Below are positions 36,101 through 49,869 of a stretch of DNA of 64,000 nucleotides, piece by piece. Below the pieces are notes generated by a model that saw only the letters and a program-made list of their open reading frames with translations, had not been told where the DNA came from and searched no databases. The position numbers were made by a program, and so were the translations under genes. Each line of letters begins with the position of its first letter. Within the stretch, counting starts at the first letter, position 1. The DNA comes from Macrostomum hystrix (lineage: Eukaryota; Animalia; Platyhelminthes): positions 3,100,001 through 3,164,000 of the forward strand of contig CATNEN010000001.1 of the NCBI GenBank assembly GCA_950097015.1. The letters are read 5' to 3'.

Positions 36101-39100
36101 TAATCTTCTCTCTGTTCCTTCGTTTCCAACGTTTCTATATTTTAGGATTTAAAATAATTAGAAAATTTTAGCATCTGTCGGCTACATTTCCACTACTTCT
36201 GTCTACCTTAGTTAGTATTTTGTGTTTTTCATGAAAAAAAGTTTTTGTTTTGTTGTGTAAGCTAGCGATTTTATCTGGCGAAGTTGCCACTTTTTAGTTG
36301 CATTCAGCCGCTGACACGTCTTCTTTAATGGGGCGGACATTCTGTTTTTGTTTTTTTTGCTAAGATTATGCAACAGAATCAGACACTTGAGATCCTTTAC
36401 GGCTGCGGCTGCTGCTGCTGCTGCTGCTGCCAATGTACCTAGGGCGATATTTATCTGGCACTGACACTCTTCCATGATATTTTGACCACAAGCTAGTTTT
36501 TTCTGACATGTTCCATTCTTTTGAAGACAGCTGACAACTGAAGTCTTCTTTCACTTTGGGATTTTTTGTTTTTTTTGTTATCTTCTTTTTCATATCGACA
36601 ATATCAGTGTTGTCCAGTCACGAGGCACAGAAACGACTGCGTGCATAATTCTGGGCCTGTTTTGGCTTGCATTTTCATTGAGTCCTAGTTTGCTTTCTCA
36701 ACAGTGGATCCTACTGTGGGAAGACAGTGGGATTGAGGGAGATGAGACAGTGGGATTGAGGGAGATGAGACTGTGGGGTTGAGGGAGATGAGACTGTGGG
36801 ATTGAGGGAGATGAGACTGTGGGGTTGAGGGAGATGAGACTGTGGGGTTGAGGGAGATGAGACAGTGGGATTGAGGGAGATGAGACTGTGGGGTTGAGGG
36901 AGATGAGACTGTGGGATTGAGGGAGATGAGACTGTGAGATTGAGGGAGATGAGACAGTGGGACTGAGGGAGATGAGACTGTGGGGTTGAGGGAGATGAGA
37001 CTGTGGGACTGAGGGAGATGAGACTGTGGGACTGAGGGAGATGAGACAGTGGGACTGAGGGAGATGAGACTGTGGGGTTGAGGGAGATGAGACTGTGGGA
37101 TTGAGGGAGATGAGACTGTGAGATTGAGGGAGATGAGACTGTGGGATTGAGGGAGATGAGACTGTCGGATTGAGGGAGATGAGACTGTGAGATTGAGGGA
37201 GATGAGACAGTGGGATTGAGGGAGATGAGACAGTGGGATTGAGGGAGATGAGACTGTGGGATTGAGGGAGATGAGACAGTGGGATTGAGGGAGATGAGAC
37301 TGTGGGATTGAGGGAGATGAGACTGTGGGATTGAGGGAGATGAGACTGTGGAGTTGAGGGAGATGAGACTGTGGGATTGAGGGAGATGAGACTGTGGGAT
37401 TGAGGGAGATGAGACTGTGGGATTGAGGGAGATGAGACTGTGGAGTTGAGAGAGATGAGACTGTGGGGTTGAGGGAGATGAGACTGTGGGACTGAGGGAG
37501 ATGAGACTGTGGGATTGAGGGAGATGAGACTGTGGGATTGAGGGAGATGAGACTGTGGGATTGAGGGAGATGAGACAGTGGGACTGAGGGAGATGAGACT
37601 GTGGGACTGAGGGAGATGAGACTGTGGGACTGAGGGAGATGAGACTGTGGGATTGAGGGAGATGAGACTGTGGGATTGAGGGAGATGAGACTGTGGGATT
37701 GAGGGAGATGAGACTGTGGAGTTGAGAGAGATGAGACTGTGGGGTTGAGGGAGATGAGACTGTGGGACTGAGGGAGATGAGACAGTGGGACTGAGGGAGA
37801 TGAGACTGTGGGGTTGAGGGAGATGAGACTGTGGGATTGAGGGAGATGAGACTGTGAGATTGAGGGAGATGAGACTGTGGGACTGAGAAAACAGGTTTGG
37901 GGAAGTGGAGAAAGTGGAATTGCAACATGGGATTGCAATGCAAATTATTTTGAATTAGACTTTGAACAGAAGAGAAGTGTCTCACCACCCACCCGTAAGC
38001 TACACCACCTGAGAACTAATTAAGCTGTGAATATTACCAAGAGATGTCTCCAAATGATGTGTCCATAAAACGAGTTCAAAACTTAACAAACAAAACTTGT
38101 AGAAGCCAGGTGATACGATTCCCATCTCATTTAGTTAGCTTTAATTAGGCTTTGAACTGCCAGGTATTCATGCGAAAGCTTTTGTGTAAACAGTCTTGCT
38201 CGTAGGACTTAAAGTTATTGACAGCTATGGCGATAGCGATTGGGTTTTGCTAACTTCTTAACTGAACAAACTGACGGATATTTCGTCATGAAGGAATTAA
38301 CTCGACTATCCAGTTTGCTTCAAAGCATATTCTACTCGTAAGCAGAAAATACTACTTTCCCGTAGCTACACTAGGCCCAATAAGTTCTTCCCATTGTGAA
38401 GTTAACGATTGTTTACAGAGGTTGAGAAATTGATGAAATAATTAGCCATCCTAGCTAGAATCATCTTCATCATTTTTATAACTGAAGGTTCTTTCTTCTA
38501 AAATCCACTTAACTCTCCATCCTTCACTAACTATCGTGACTTGCGTTCATCGTTTCTTTACCTAACCGGCGGACTGCAGTTTAAACTCTCAAGAGTTTGA
38601 TTGTTAATCAGGTGAAGCAATTTTTGTTATACTATTAAATATAGATTTGTCCAAGGTCAACAATAAGCTGGCCCCGATTTGTTTTAGAGAAGTTAAGCAG
38701 CCAGCAGTTAAGGACTTCTCAGCGAACGGGGTCAGGTGACCGAAATTGAGTTTGTCTTTAGAAGTGGCAGTCAACGTTTTTGGAAAAAGTGACTGATGAT
38801 CGAAGCGTGCTTTGGGCAATAAATGTGAGGTAAATCGATCTCGTGATGGCTGAGAATTGAGAGCATCGTCTTTCTCCAGTTTCAGCTCTCTCTCGTGACA
38901 CTGCGCACTGAACAGATTGACCATGGAAGAATTTGCAAACAGAAAGCTATTCAGAGAGAGATTTGCAGGGACTGGTCAAGTCTGGAGGGCAGGGCAATCG
39001 GGAAAGCATGGATCAAAGCTGGACAAATAAGGCATTCCTAAATCGGCCCTTTTTTCTCTCTATACTGCTGCACAAAGACCGTGCGGAATGGTATCATATG

Positions 39101-41407
39101 GGAACTGTGTCTGAAGACGGGACCACACACACACACACACACAAACACTTGGAGCTGCCGACTGACACTTCAATAATAAACATAATATAGGAAGTCTCAT
39201 AATGTCACACCAGCCAGTTTGATCCAATGCTGAATAACTTGAAATGAAATCGTTTTTTAGAACGCATCCCATCTATATTCCGCCACCCATGGAGCTGTAA
39301 CTTGGGGTGTCGGGACTTTCATCAAAGGTTTTGTCTGCAGTGACGAGTTTGCAATGGATCCTGGTGTCAGCTGTCAGTCTTCAAACATTGCAGTTGCACC
39401 ATGCATTGCAGTGCTGCACAGTTATGCTCGCATAATGATTTCAATCGAATAATTCTCACCAAACGTCGATACCTTTTTATTTTAATAACAGTAGAAAGAC
39501 CATGAGAGTGAATTTCAAATTCCCACATTTTTTCTGTCTCCCAAAATATTCAATTAATCGCCAGGAAAATGCGAAACACAGGCTAAAATTTTCCGCTCTA
39601 TTTGATGAAACAACTTCCAGAATCATAAAACATCGGCATAGTCGAGGTATTCAATGATTGTCGTCGGGGTGTCTGATGGCAAAAACCACCAATGTCGGCT
39701 TCTAATGTTGGCTATATTATATATTTTAAAGGGTGGAAAATTTTGATTCACGTTGACTTTCACGAAAACTGGTCATTCGGTTTGGGAGCTATCGTGCATT
39801 AGGCAGAGGGTATTTGAAATACCCGTTGTCTTTGTACTGTTAAATTTTTTGTCTTTCTTTTTTATTCTCGATCCAATGCACAGGCGTCGAACAGAAAGTC
39901 CTTCATTTTGCCCAATTTCTTCGTTGGCAGTTGGAATCGAACCTAAAACGCTCCGAGACTGAACAGTCGCGCGAGATGCAACGCCTTCGCTGCCTCATGG
40001 ATAGTTACGGACTGCTACTTTGCCAGGTAAATAGGCTCAGATCCAAATGCGGCCTCGAGCCACTCCAGGACTGGCGACACTCTGGTGGACTCAACGCAGA
40101 GTGAGTAAAATATAACTGATAATTTAATAATAGCAATAATTGACTATACACCTGTCCTAATTGGGTCACATGTGCAGTCGACAGCGCGGCGCATCTGAAG
40201 GCTGCGTACGGCTGTTCAGTCCATGGACTGGGGGGACGCCACACCCACCTTCAATTATCCCAGCTCATGCTGGTACCCATTTAACAGCTGGGTGAACTGA
40301 AGCAATGCGGAGTTTAAGTGTCTTGCTAAAGGACACAAATTGTTCCAGTGGAGTCGGGAATCGAACCCTCGACCTTAAAGTCGTGAGTCCAACGCTCTAT
40401 CCACCAGGCTAACAACATTATGGTATAGATTAATAATATTTTGCTCTAGAACTGTTATTGACAGTTTATTAATAAAAGTTAAATTGATTACTATCTGAAA
40501 CTAAATACATTACATGGGGGTGAGTAGACCGTATTGTGCTTGAGATCGAATCCTTGGGACGGATTTTGATGCTAGTCGTGAAATGAAGTCCCACTTATGT
40601 ATTTTTTTCCTGTACTTCACCACCAGACAATGAGAAAGCCATGGCGAAACGATGCTACCGGTACCCACATCCTCCGACAAATATTATTGTTAGCCTTACA
40701 CCAAACACCCTCGTAGGATCGCCAGCAAATGCCTCGTAGCGTCAGGTGGCAACCAGGTGACCACCGCCGCCGCGTTGGACTTCATGAGTCGTCACCTTTT
40801 CAATGCCGCGTGCTTTGGCGCTCCGTTTTTGCCCTTCGGTGGTAGCGGAACTTTTCTATCGCCACCAGCATCCGTGTATCATCAGCATCATCAGCATCAA
40901 AACCATCAGCACCAGCATCAGCAGCATCCGTCCTTGCCACCACCTCCGCCACCTCCGCCAATGTCCGCTGCAGCAGCCGCCGCAGCCGCCACCGTAGCCG
41001 CAGCCGCAGCCGCAGCTGCCGCCGCCACCTCATCCTCCTCTGGTGGCCTCAATCGACTCTATTCGCTGCCGCCACTTCAGCCTTCTGGACGGTCGCCCCA
41101 CTCTCTGACGCCTTGCAGTTCAATGCTGATGCACGAGCAGACAGCCATATCAACAACATCCTCTTCCTCTTCGTCTTCAATGACCGGAGGACACATCGGC
41201 GGAAGCAGCAGCAGCAATCGAGCGGCTGCTGTCTGCGCCGCAGCTGCTGCCGCGTTTCGTCAGCAGCCGCCGCCGATGAAAGCGTGCGCGTCCTGTCATC
41301 AACAGATCCATCGGAATGCGCCGATATGCCCGCTATGCAAGGCGAAGAGTCGATCTAAAAATCCTAAGAAGCAGAAGCGCAAGGCTGACGGCATGCTAAT
41401 CAACTAA
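33121..41407 (+). CDS. ZC4H2: Zinc finger C4H2 domain-containing protein; exons 33121-33311, 35535-35706, 39931-40100, 40717-41407
   Basis: C-terminal [39 protein letters not shown] is the ZC4H2 signature. Coiled coil [16 protein letters not shown] and [13 protein letters not shown] junctions are phase-consistent (2,0,2). Confidence 0.92.
33514..33831 (-). mobile_element. Full-length SINE family A
   Basis: Reverse complement of the uninterrupted family A consensus, with tRNA head and AT-rich tail. Confidence 0.88.
35070..35372. repeat. 18-19-bp minisatellite (TTCCGAAACTTTCTTGAA)n
   Basis: Tandem array in ZC4H2 intron 1. Confidence 0.9.
35752..36107. repeat. 17-18-bp minisatellite (TTGTCACTCGGTTAGTC/T)n
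   Basis: Tandem array starting ~45 bp after the exon 2 donor. Confidence 0.95.
36720..37886. repeat. 23-bp G-rich minisatellite (GAGACTGTGGGATTGAGGGAGAT)n
   Basis: Tandem array of about 50 units. Confidence 0.97.
40125..40415 (-). mobile_element. SINE family A
   Basis: Reverse-complement match to family A along its whole length. Confidence 0.85.
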
Positions 41408-42267
41408 ACTGCTGCTGCGCCTGCTGCTCCAGCGGACTTTAGCTGAAAAATATAGTGATTTTTAACACACGGTACAATCATTTACAAATGTAGGCTTCAT
41501 AAATTTTGACTTGTACAGGACAAAAAATTGCACTTTTTCTTTTAGGGGGGGGGAGATTTTAACCCATGTACGCAGTGATTTGAAGGTCTGAAGTTCGAAT
41601 TTAATCACACACTCTAGGTTAGTTGTAGAATTGATAAAAATATGTTGAGGCCTATTCTAACTACTTTAAGTAAACACTTAAAGTTCAGAATAACTTGGTG
41701 CCTCTATGATTGTATTTGCCTCTTTTAGCGCTAAATATTTTTAATTTCTTGAAATTAACCAACCATGCAGCATCACAATTTCATTTCACACTTGTAAATT
41801 AGTAAAAGATTTTTTTCACACTGACTTCTGTTCGTCCTTTTATTTCTTTCTAATTCTTATCGTTTACGAAAGTTCTGAATATGTGTATGTAAGTATATGA
41901 AATTATATTTCTTTAGATTTTGAAACTACGTATTTGAATTTATTATGAACGTTATAATCTTATATCTACGCGAAAAGTGTTTTATAACGTTTTGTTTCCT
42001 TCAATTTCTATTGGTATAAATATAGTTTATAGGCAATTAAAATACTGTTTACATGCAGTGCCTATAGATACGTATTCGTCATTAAAATCTTGTTGTTTTT
42101 CTGTAACAGCTGCATAAATAAAATAAATATTGCAACAAAAGATTATTTGTTAAAAGTAAAATAATGATCACAAAAATGCTCTAAAGCTTCTTACTTTTCA
42201 TCTTCACAACAAAATTTATTTGTCTATTTATTTGTTTTACAATTTGCTTGTGTATTGTGCATTGATA

Positions 42268-42530
42268 TGGGCTGTAGCCGTGTGGTTAGAGCGTCGGACT
42301 CACAACTTGAAGGTTTGGGAGAACTGTATGGCAAGAGAATTAGTGGCAGACGTATTGTCATCCACTCGGACAGTCAGGCGGCTCTTAAAGCACAACTCTG
42401 CAAACTCTGCAACTCGCGGACTGTGCTCCCGGCAGCTCAACCTCCTGGCTGGTGAAAACACCGTCAGACTTGTTTGGATTCCCGCGGTCACATAGGCTTC
42501 CGTGGACACGAGCTCGCAGCTAAGCTAAGG
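42268..42530 (+). mobile_element. SINE A tRNA head joined to a decayed non-LTR retrotransposon RNase H fragment
   Basis: GGGCTGTAGCCGTGTGGTTAGAGCGTCGGACTCACAACTTGAAGGT, then IVIHSDSQAALKA and, after a frameshift, VRLVWIP (RNase HI motifs). Confidence 0.6.
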
Positions 42531-43627
42531 ACTACTTACAGTCGTCCTTGATTCAAGCTTGGCTTCTGCTACTGCATGCAACTATAAAAGTTTTCGATCT
42601 TGCAATTATGTAAATTTTTGCGGTTCAAATTTCTGACAAAAAGCGCGTGCGGTTCAAATTTACATTTTGATTCATACGTAGAATAATTAAAACAGAAAAG
42701 GCAAAATTGCAGTAGACAAAGTCTTAACACCCAAAACAACCATCACACCCACGTGAATAATTCTCCCCCAGAAGGTGAACCCCGCGTGGCAACTAATATT
42801 TCAAAAGTTGGTTGAAAGTTTAAACGAATGCAGGAGCTAAATTTTGATTTAAATTAACTTTCTCAGAAACAAAATGATTAAGGTACTGGGCTCCAAGCTC
42901 CACATTCCATGTATTATTGTACCTGACCAGTAACATGTACGTGTGCACTGCCACATGAACGAGTACATTAGTCACGTAAAATTCATCAACACTGCCATTT
43001 GCATACTATGAATATCAATACTGTCTATGAATAATAGAGTATAAATAGTAAAAAGAAGAATCAAAAAAATGTTTTGAAATTTTTATTAAAATAAAAAAAG
43101 CTGCAATTTCTTTGTTTTAAACTATATAGTTTGTCAAGAGCAAATTTAAAATCAAAATTAGGTGACTCTAAATTCGACGTTTCACACGAACCGAAACGCA
43201 ACGATCTCCTTGATTGTTATCAGTGTAATACCTAGGCCTACCAACAGGGAAATTTAGCCCACGCAACTTTATGTCGTATTTATTTTTTTCAATAAAAACC
43301 CTGTGTGTATCCAATAACATGAACATTTTTATGCAACAATAAGTTGCATTGCATTATTGTGTTTTTACAACATACAGAGCCGCTTTTTTGCTATCAATCA
43401 TTAGTATTTGTATGTATATCAGTGTTGGAGGGCTCTTTCTTATTATTTAACTTCAGCAATATTTAACCAGTATAACACTTATAATTTTTTATATTTGAGT
43501 ATTTGTTAACTCTATGGTAGCATGTGACTGTCTAAGTGGTAAGAAACTTTTTCTACTTATTAATAGGCCTATGTATAAGTCATATATGTATATTTTACTT
43601 CGCACTGGTTATATTTGTGACACAGTC

Positions 43628-45044
43628 CAGTGGCGGCGCAGGACCTCCAGCTGGGGGGGTGGTGGTTGGGTGGTCACCCACAGAAAAAATTATAAAAAAA
43701 ATTATCATTAAAGTTGATCTAAGATCCTTAACTCTTCAATAATTAAAGGTAGTTGTTATTTGTCCGGTTAACCGGACAAATTGCCATTTGGTTATTTGTC
43801 CGGTTAACCGAGGTTGTAGGGGTTGTAGCGCTACCACGAGAACCTCTATCATTTGTAAGATAAAATAATTAACAAGCTGCAAAAGGACAGTCATTCAGAT
43901 TTGAAGTTTGTGTCTCGAATTATTTTCACTTATCAGCTAATTAAAAAAATTAAAACCTTTTCCAGAAATTCGGTTGTTTCAGGGACTAACTTAGTTCAAG
44001 GGTATAGTTTGGTCTTTGTGAGGTCAAGACTCAAGATGGCTATTAGCAGGGCAAGAGTGGTCTTTGGGAGGATTGTTGCTCCTGCTCATTGAAAGGGGAG
44101 AAATTAAGTTCTTGGGTGGTTAACCGGACAAATAACAACTACCATAATTAAATGTAATTATGTAAATACTTTCAAGCACATAGTAAAAATACTTTACAGA
44201 CAATAAAATACCTTCAGTCTTCAGATGACCCAATGATTGTCCTACAGGTTCCATCATATGATCTTCATGCCCTCAGTTGAGGCGGTTCCATGGGCCATGG
44301 CCACTCCCATTGAGCCTGACAAGTGCAGTCAATCTCTTGGACGGTTGGGCCAACAGATGATCAGGATCCAGGTTGACTTGATGGACAGAAATATTTCAGT
44401 TTTCAGCAACTGCGAGTGCAACATACTACTTGAACTAGAGTGCACCAAGGCGGGACTTCTTTTTGGCAAAAGGTATTGATGTTTTAGTCCAGAGCTTTGG
44501 CCTCTTCCTGCTCAATGGAAAGGATGGAGAGATCATCAAGCCAAGCTTGAGACATGGTTGACCGTAGGTAACTCTTGATGAGTTTCAGCTTTGAAAAGCT
44601 TCTTTCGCAGGATGCAACAGACACTGCCGAGGTCAAAAACAGCCATAACAGCACAATGAGGTTAGGCAGAACATCCTGTAGCTCCATCCTGAGAGCCCAT
44701 TGTAGCACTTCCTCTGCAGTGGACTTCTCATTGATCTCGCTAGGCACCAATCTTTGGAGTCGATGAACTTTGACCTCAAGGTCTTTAGAGATATCCTTGG
44801 GGAAGGTCTCTACAACTTTTTCCACCTCCTCTTCAATGTTTCTTTTTGTGAAGAGGATGTCAATGAGGCAGAAAATATCGCAGGTCAATTTGATGTAGTG
44901 ACCACATCAAATGGGGTGACCACACTTTTGAAAAAATATGGTAAAGTACCAATTTTTATAAGTGGGTGGTCACCCCTGAGGGTGGTGAAGGGTGGTCACC
45001 CAGGGGCAGCCCACCCCCCCGCCCACCCCCCTGCGCCGCCACTG
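43628..45044 (-). mobile_element. Internally deleted hAT DNA transposon
   Basis: TIR CAGTGGCGGCGCAGG / CCTGCGCCGCCACTG; 8-bp TSD ACACAGTC (43620-43627, 45045-45052); hAT C-terminal dimerisation domain remnant at 44484-44888 (SVASCERSFSKLKLIKSYLRSTMSQ). Confidence 0.93.
43748..44143. mobile_element. MITE (396 bp) nested in the hAT element, 9-bp TSD (Mutator- or Merlin-type)
   Basis: Perfect 26-bp TIR GGTAGTTGTTATTTGTCCGGTTAACC; TSD ATAATTAAA (43739-43747, 44144-44152). Confidence 0.9.
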
Positions 45045-46260
45045 ACACAGTCTTATTAATTTTCAGTCCCAATGCAGGGCTACCAATGAATTGGAGGGTA
45101 TCAGTTACCCACACACTCACTATAGAATTGCTCTATTAAATAAAGTAGAATTACTCTACTTTCTTCCTCACCCTGCACAGGTTTGTTTATCAAATGCACT
45201 CCTTTTATAGGTGATGCCTTTAACACACCCTTTACAGGCTTATGTACATTATTTTGGATCTGACCATTTTTGCTTACTGTTTAATACAAATTCTGTTGTC
45301 TAAGGTTATAGCTTTCCAGTTTTATAAAAGAACTAACAAGTTTTGGAAACTTTGTCTCTTTAGAACTTTTGAGTTTAGAACATTGAAAATGTTTATTCAC
45401 ACATCTGCAAGTTGGGTTTTCTACTACCAAAAATGCGAGTATATATAAAAGAGTGGAAGGGTGGTTTCTTGGTGCATTATAACAATCAATGCATTCAAAC
45501 AAAATATTAAATTTCTTCACTCATTCATGTAAATTGAAAAGGAAAATACAGTAGAGTTATTCACTTACTACAATAGGCTTCCCTTAACCTAATTTTTGAA
45601 TGGTGCAGTGAGAAAATTTGGCAAACACAAAGAGAAAGGCATAGACAAGGCAAAAGTGGAATTATATAGTATAAAACACAACACACAAAGACAAAACATC
45701 CTAAAGTTCACAATTAAAAGTTCATAAAAAGTCAAATGAAAATGTCCTTCAAAACTTGCAATCCTCTGGGATCGGCAGCTCGCGAGGCCATCCAATGTTG
45801 GAGGACCAGTGTGTCTTGATGTTAAGCATGACATGATTGAATTCATAGGGACTCATTGTTACTAAGTGTTTGGCGTACTGAATCGCTCTTCTCCAGGCTG
45901 CGATGGCACAGTCATTGCCAAACTCGTTCATCAGAAGGCAAAGCACTGGGCGAATCTTCTCCTTATGTGGGAACAGTCAATCCAACATGGCATAGGCAAT
46001 GGCCATCAGATAGCGCTTCACCAGTTGGACCATGCGCTTCAGGTGTTCTTGCCTTGGGGCACTTAGGATGCTCATAACTGCCAGGTAGTTGCCGCCTGGG
46101 CCGTCGTACGGTAGTTGATTGTCTTCTGGCTGCAGCGGCACCTGCAGCTGTTGCAGTGGCTGTTGCTGCTGTGGCTGCTGCTGCTGCTGCTGTTGTTATT
46201 GTTGTTGTTGTAGGGGCATGAGTTACTGAGTAAGCTACCAGCTCCGTCTCGCCAGTGCCA

Positions 46261-46292
<32 letters not shown>

Positions 46293-46703
46293 AAAGCTGG
46301 GCACATCAAGGGCTGAGTCCACTGCGTCGCCCTGGCTATTGGCAGTTGCTGCATCAGGGGTGGCGGCTGCTGCTGTAGCTGCCTCTGCTGTAGTGGTGGT
46401 CTTGTAGCTATTGGCCTATAAGCTGAAGTGATCTTCCGGCTTGTCTGAGCCTCCGGAATGGTGATGACAATGCTTGGTTTGTTGCTAACCAGATAGCAAG
46501 CAAGAGTAGCAGCTGGAACCATTACAGTCGCATCTGCTTGTACCTGCAGGATGCTTCCTCGCTTGGCTTGCTGCATTGGCACTGGTAGCCTTGACAATGT
46601 TTTGATGCCCTTCTTGGATAACTTCCTATTGGCTGCCCTGAAATTCCCTTAGATTATTGTTCTGAATTCCCTCACCCAATAACGTAATAGCATTTGCTTG
46701 CTT

Positions 46704-48160
46704 TCAAAACTGCATGTTTCCAAACCACGAAATCACTGTGGTTAACATTTTTAAATAATCATTGAATCTAATTGGGCGATTAACACATTTTCTTGTGTTA
46801 TAGGGATGCGGGGTTATCACTTCATTCTTGCTTGCTGGGTCTGATTCTTTCTCTGAGGTGTTAATGCTCTCATGGCTATCGCTCTCACTTTCGCTTGCAC
46901 CTTCCTCCTCTTCTTCATTGTTCGCATTATTGGACTGACTAGTTATGTCATCTATTTCAATTTCAGCTCCTAAGTCTAACAAACTTCCTCTCATCTCACT
47001 TCTGTCATTTCTATCTTGACATTGCCATGCCATTCTATCATCTTCCATTTCAGATTCAGAATGAAAGACTTCTTTGATCTCCTTCCTCTCCATCTGGCTT
47101 CCCTTAATCTTTTGTTCTGTCTTCTTTGACTGGCTTTTCTCCAGTTTGCTGGGCTGGCTTCCCTTAGTTATTTCCTCCTTGGTTGAATTTGGCACAGGAG
47201 TTAGATGGACCAGCAATATATTGCCTACTGGCTTGCCATTTTCTTTTTGCACTTTGAATACAATGTCTGAGAATTGCTTGATTACTCAATGAGCGGATCT
47301 CTTTTTACAGTGAAATTTGTGCCATTCTTTGCTATCTAGCTGAGGGTTATTAATTAATGCTAAAGATCCTATTAACACTTTTTTGGCAATCTACTCTTCT
47401 GTGCAAGTTCCTCTCTTTGGCTAGCTACTTTCTCTAATTTCTTCTTGATTTCTTCTAATTTCCCCTAATTCTTCTGCTATTCTGAGTCTTTTGGCATGAT
47501 TGGCAACATAGGATGGATAATTGGAATAGGACTTAAATTCTTTGATCTGATTGTCAATTGGCAATACAGCCTCTTCTAAACATCAGGAAATGGGTGCTGT
47601 AACCAGTGATCTTGTTCACACTTGTGCGCACGGCTACCAAAGCTGTTGGGATCATGAGGTCCCAATCTATGATCCTTTTCTACCAAGCAGGTAGTGATGG
47701 ATTTGATCTGCTTGCTGAATCTTTCGATCCAGACCATTGCTTTGAGCGTGATAAGGTGTTGTAAATGTGTTTGACATTATACAGATTGCAGAACACTTTA
47801 AATTGCTTACTGGTGAAAGTTTTTCCATTGTCTATATGAATCCAATGGCATTGGCCATACTCAGAAGACACTCTCTCCTGCAGTAACTTTATGACAGTAT
47901 CAGATTTTTGATTATGGACCAGGAAAGCGAAAGGATACTTGGTAGTGCTGTCTACCACAGTTAATACATACTGATGCCATTGCCTACTTTCCTTAGATAT
48001 GGGTCCAATTAAATCAATATGCAGACAATAAAATGGCTCATTGACAGGGAATGATTAAAAAGGTGCTTGAACATAATGACCTTTCTTGCTTTTAAGGCAA
48101 GGAATGCACTTAGCAATCAGTTCTTCTATGGCTATGACTAGTCCAGGTCTCCATATATAC
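46704..48160 (-). pseudogene. Decayed Gypsy/Ty3-type (or Ginger) integrase and C-terminal tail
   Basis: Fragments CIPC, PFYCLHIDLIGP, YVLTVVDSTTKY, IHIDNGKTFTSKQF, then PYNTR tail. Interrupted by stops and frameshifts. No LTRs found. Confidence 0.8.
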
Positions 48161-49869
48161 TAAAACATTATCAACAAATAAGAGTTGCCCTCATCCTTTC
48201 ACATTTTGGGCTGACCTGACACTAGCTGAGTTATGACCCACAATTTGGTGCTCAGTCATTTTGTCTGCTGCCTATTTTGAAAGAGGATGAGTACTGTAAG
48301 AACATATTATTCAAAAACTTTTCTTTAATACAGAATGAGTATTCATGATGCTAAATGTTTATATAATTAAAATACATATAATTTACATTTTATACCATAG
48401 TCTGGATCATGTTGGCTGCATGCCAGAAGAAAAATTGTGGAAAAATAGTTTGCATGCCAAGGATGCAGAGTTTTTTTCAAATTGCACACCAGTGCACACC
48501 AACGTGGTACATAAATATTTTGTACAAATATTTTGTATAAATAAGATGTAACACATTTTTCACTTTAAAGAGACAAACTGGCTTCCATTTTTGTATTTAA
48601 CGAAAAGCAATATCAAACAGAACAATTTATTTATGTATAGTATTTATAGTCAAATTTGCTAATCTTAATTTTTTTACAGATAACAGAACATTTTTTTGTC
48701 ATGCAAAGTCCATTAAATGATTGGTTGATATTTGTAATCTGTAATTGTACATACAGATACATGAAACACCTATTTGATCTCTTTTTAAATACAATGTACA
48801 ATTGCATGCTACACCATTGCCATGCATGCCTTGCATGCCAAAGTGTACGCCAACCCTTAAAATATATACCAATGCAACTATACATGCCAGCTGAAAACAA
48901 ATGCACGCCAGAAAATTCTGGTTTGTAACAGTCCAAAAATAACAGTTTGTTAAGAACTGACAATAGGAACAATATGAGCCCTTCAATTAAGGTATTTTGG
49001 ATTACCACATGCACATATTGTGTGGTGCAGACCCCCCCCAGTCCCCAGCCTAATTAGGGCCAATGACAAATAGGATTTAATAGAATTTGTGAAGACACAT
49101 CAGGATGCCTACAAGAAACTCTTAATTCTTTGGTATTTTGTGACTCAAGCCCTTCAGAAATTTCAATGCCAGGTATCTTTTTAATCCATGATTTATGAAG
49201 TGCATTATAAGGAAGTTGTGCCCAACAGTGAATTGTATACAATAAAAAGTAAACTGCATATCTTATTGCATTTCTCTGAGTTACATTTATCTATATTATT
49301 GTAATGCACATGATTTAGGAGATGCTTTTGATAAGTTTTTTATTTCTAGTTTAAAAAAAATAAATTTATAACTAAAGATCAGCTGAGCTCTTAAAGCCAT
49401 ATTGTAACATTAAATATAAAAACTACTGCCCTGGTCTCACTGTTGTCCATTGAGGTCCATTGTAATCCATTTCTGTGTTTATGCAGACTCCATATTTACT
49501 AACAATAAAGAAATTTCAACTGTATTTCAGCTAGTAAAGCTAATAAACTGACAAAACAGCCTTATAATATACTTGACAGCATCAGAAGTATGTTAAAATG
49601 AGTATTGCTAGTGGACACAAATCGTTTCCGTGTAATCTAGCCGCCTATTATCAATTCATGATTCCGATGCTCTAACCGCTAAGCTGCAACCACCTACCAT
49701 TGAATAACTGCTAACATGGCTAATAATATTGAAAACAAATGTCTTCAAGTATTATGACAAGTTTTGTTGTTGATAATAAATAAACCACTAACTTTAAAAA
49801 TGTTCTGAACTATTCCAGACAAGACATTTTACACTTCAAGCAGTGTTTTTATTCAACTAATTGTCAGCC

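Noticed and set aside
31401-37988. SHLSP/PQSH-repeat ORFs
   Set aside because: Translations of minisatellites in several frames.
36366-38924. Possible nested antisense gene in ZC4H2 intron 2 (ORFs 36366-36593, 38604-38924)
   Set aside because: No recognisable domain, and no consistent splice model could be built.
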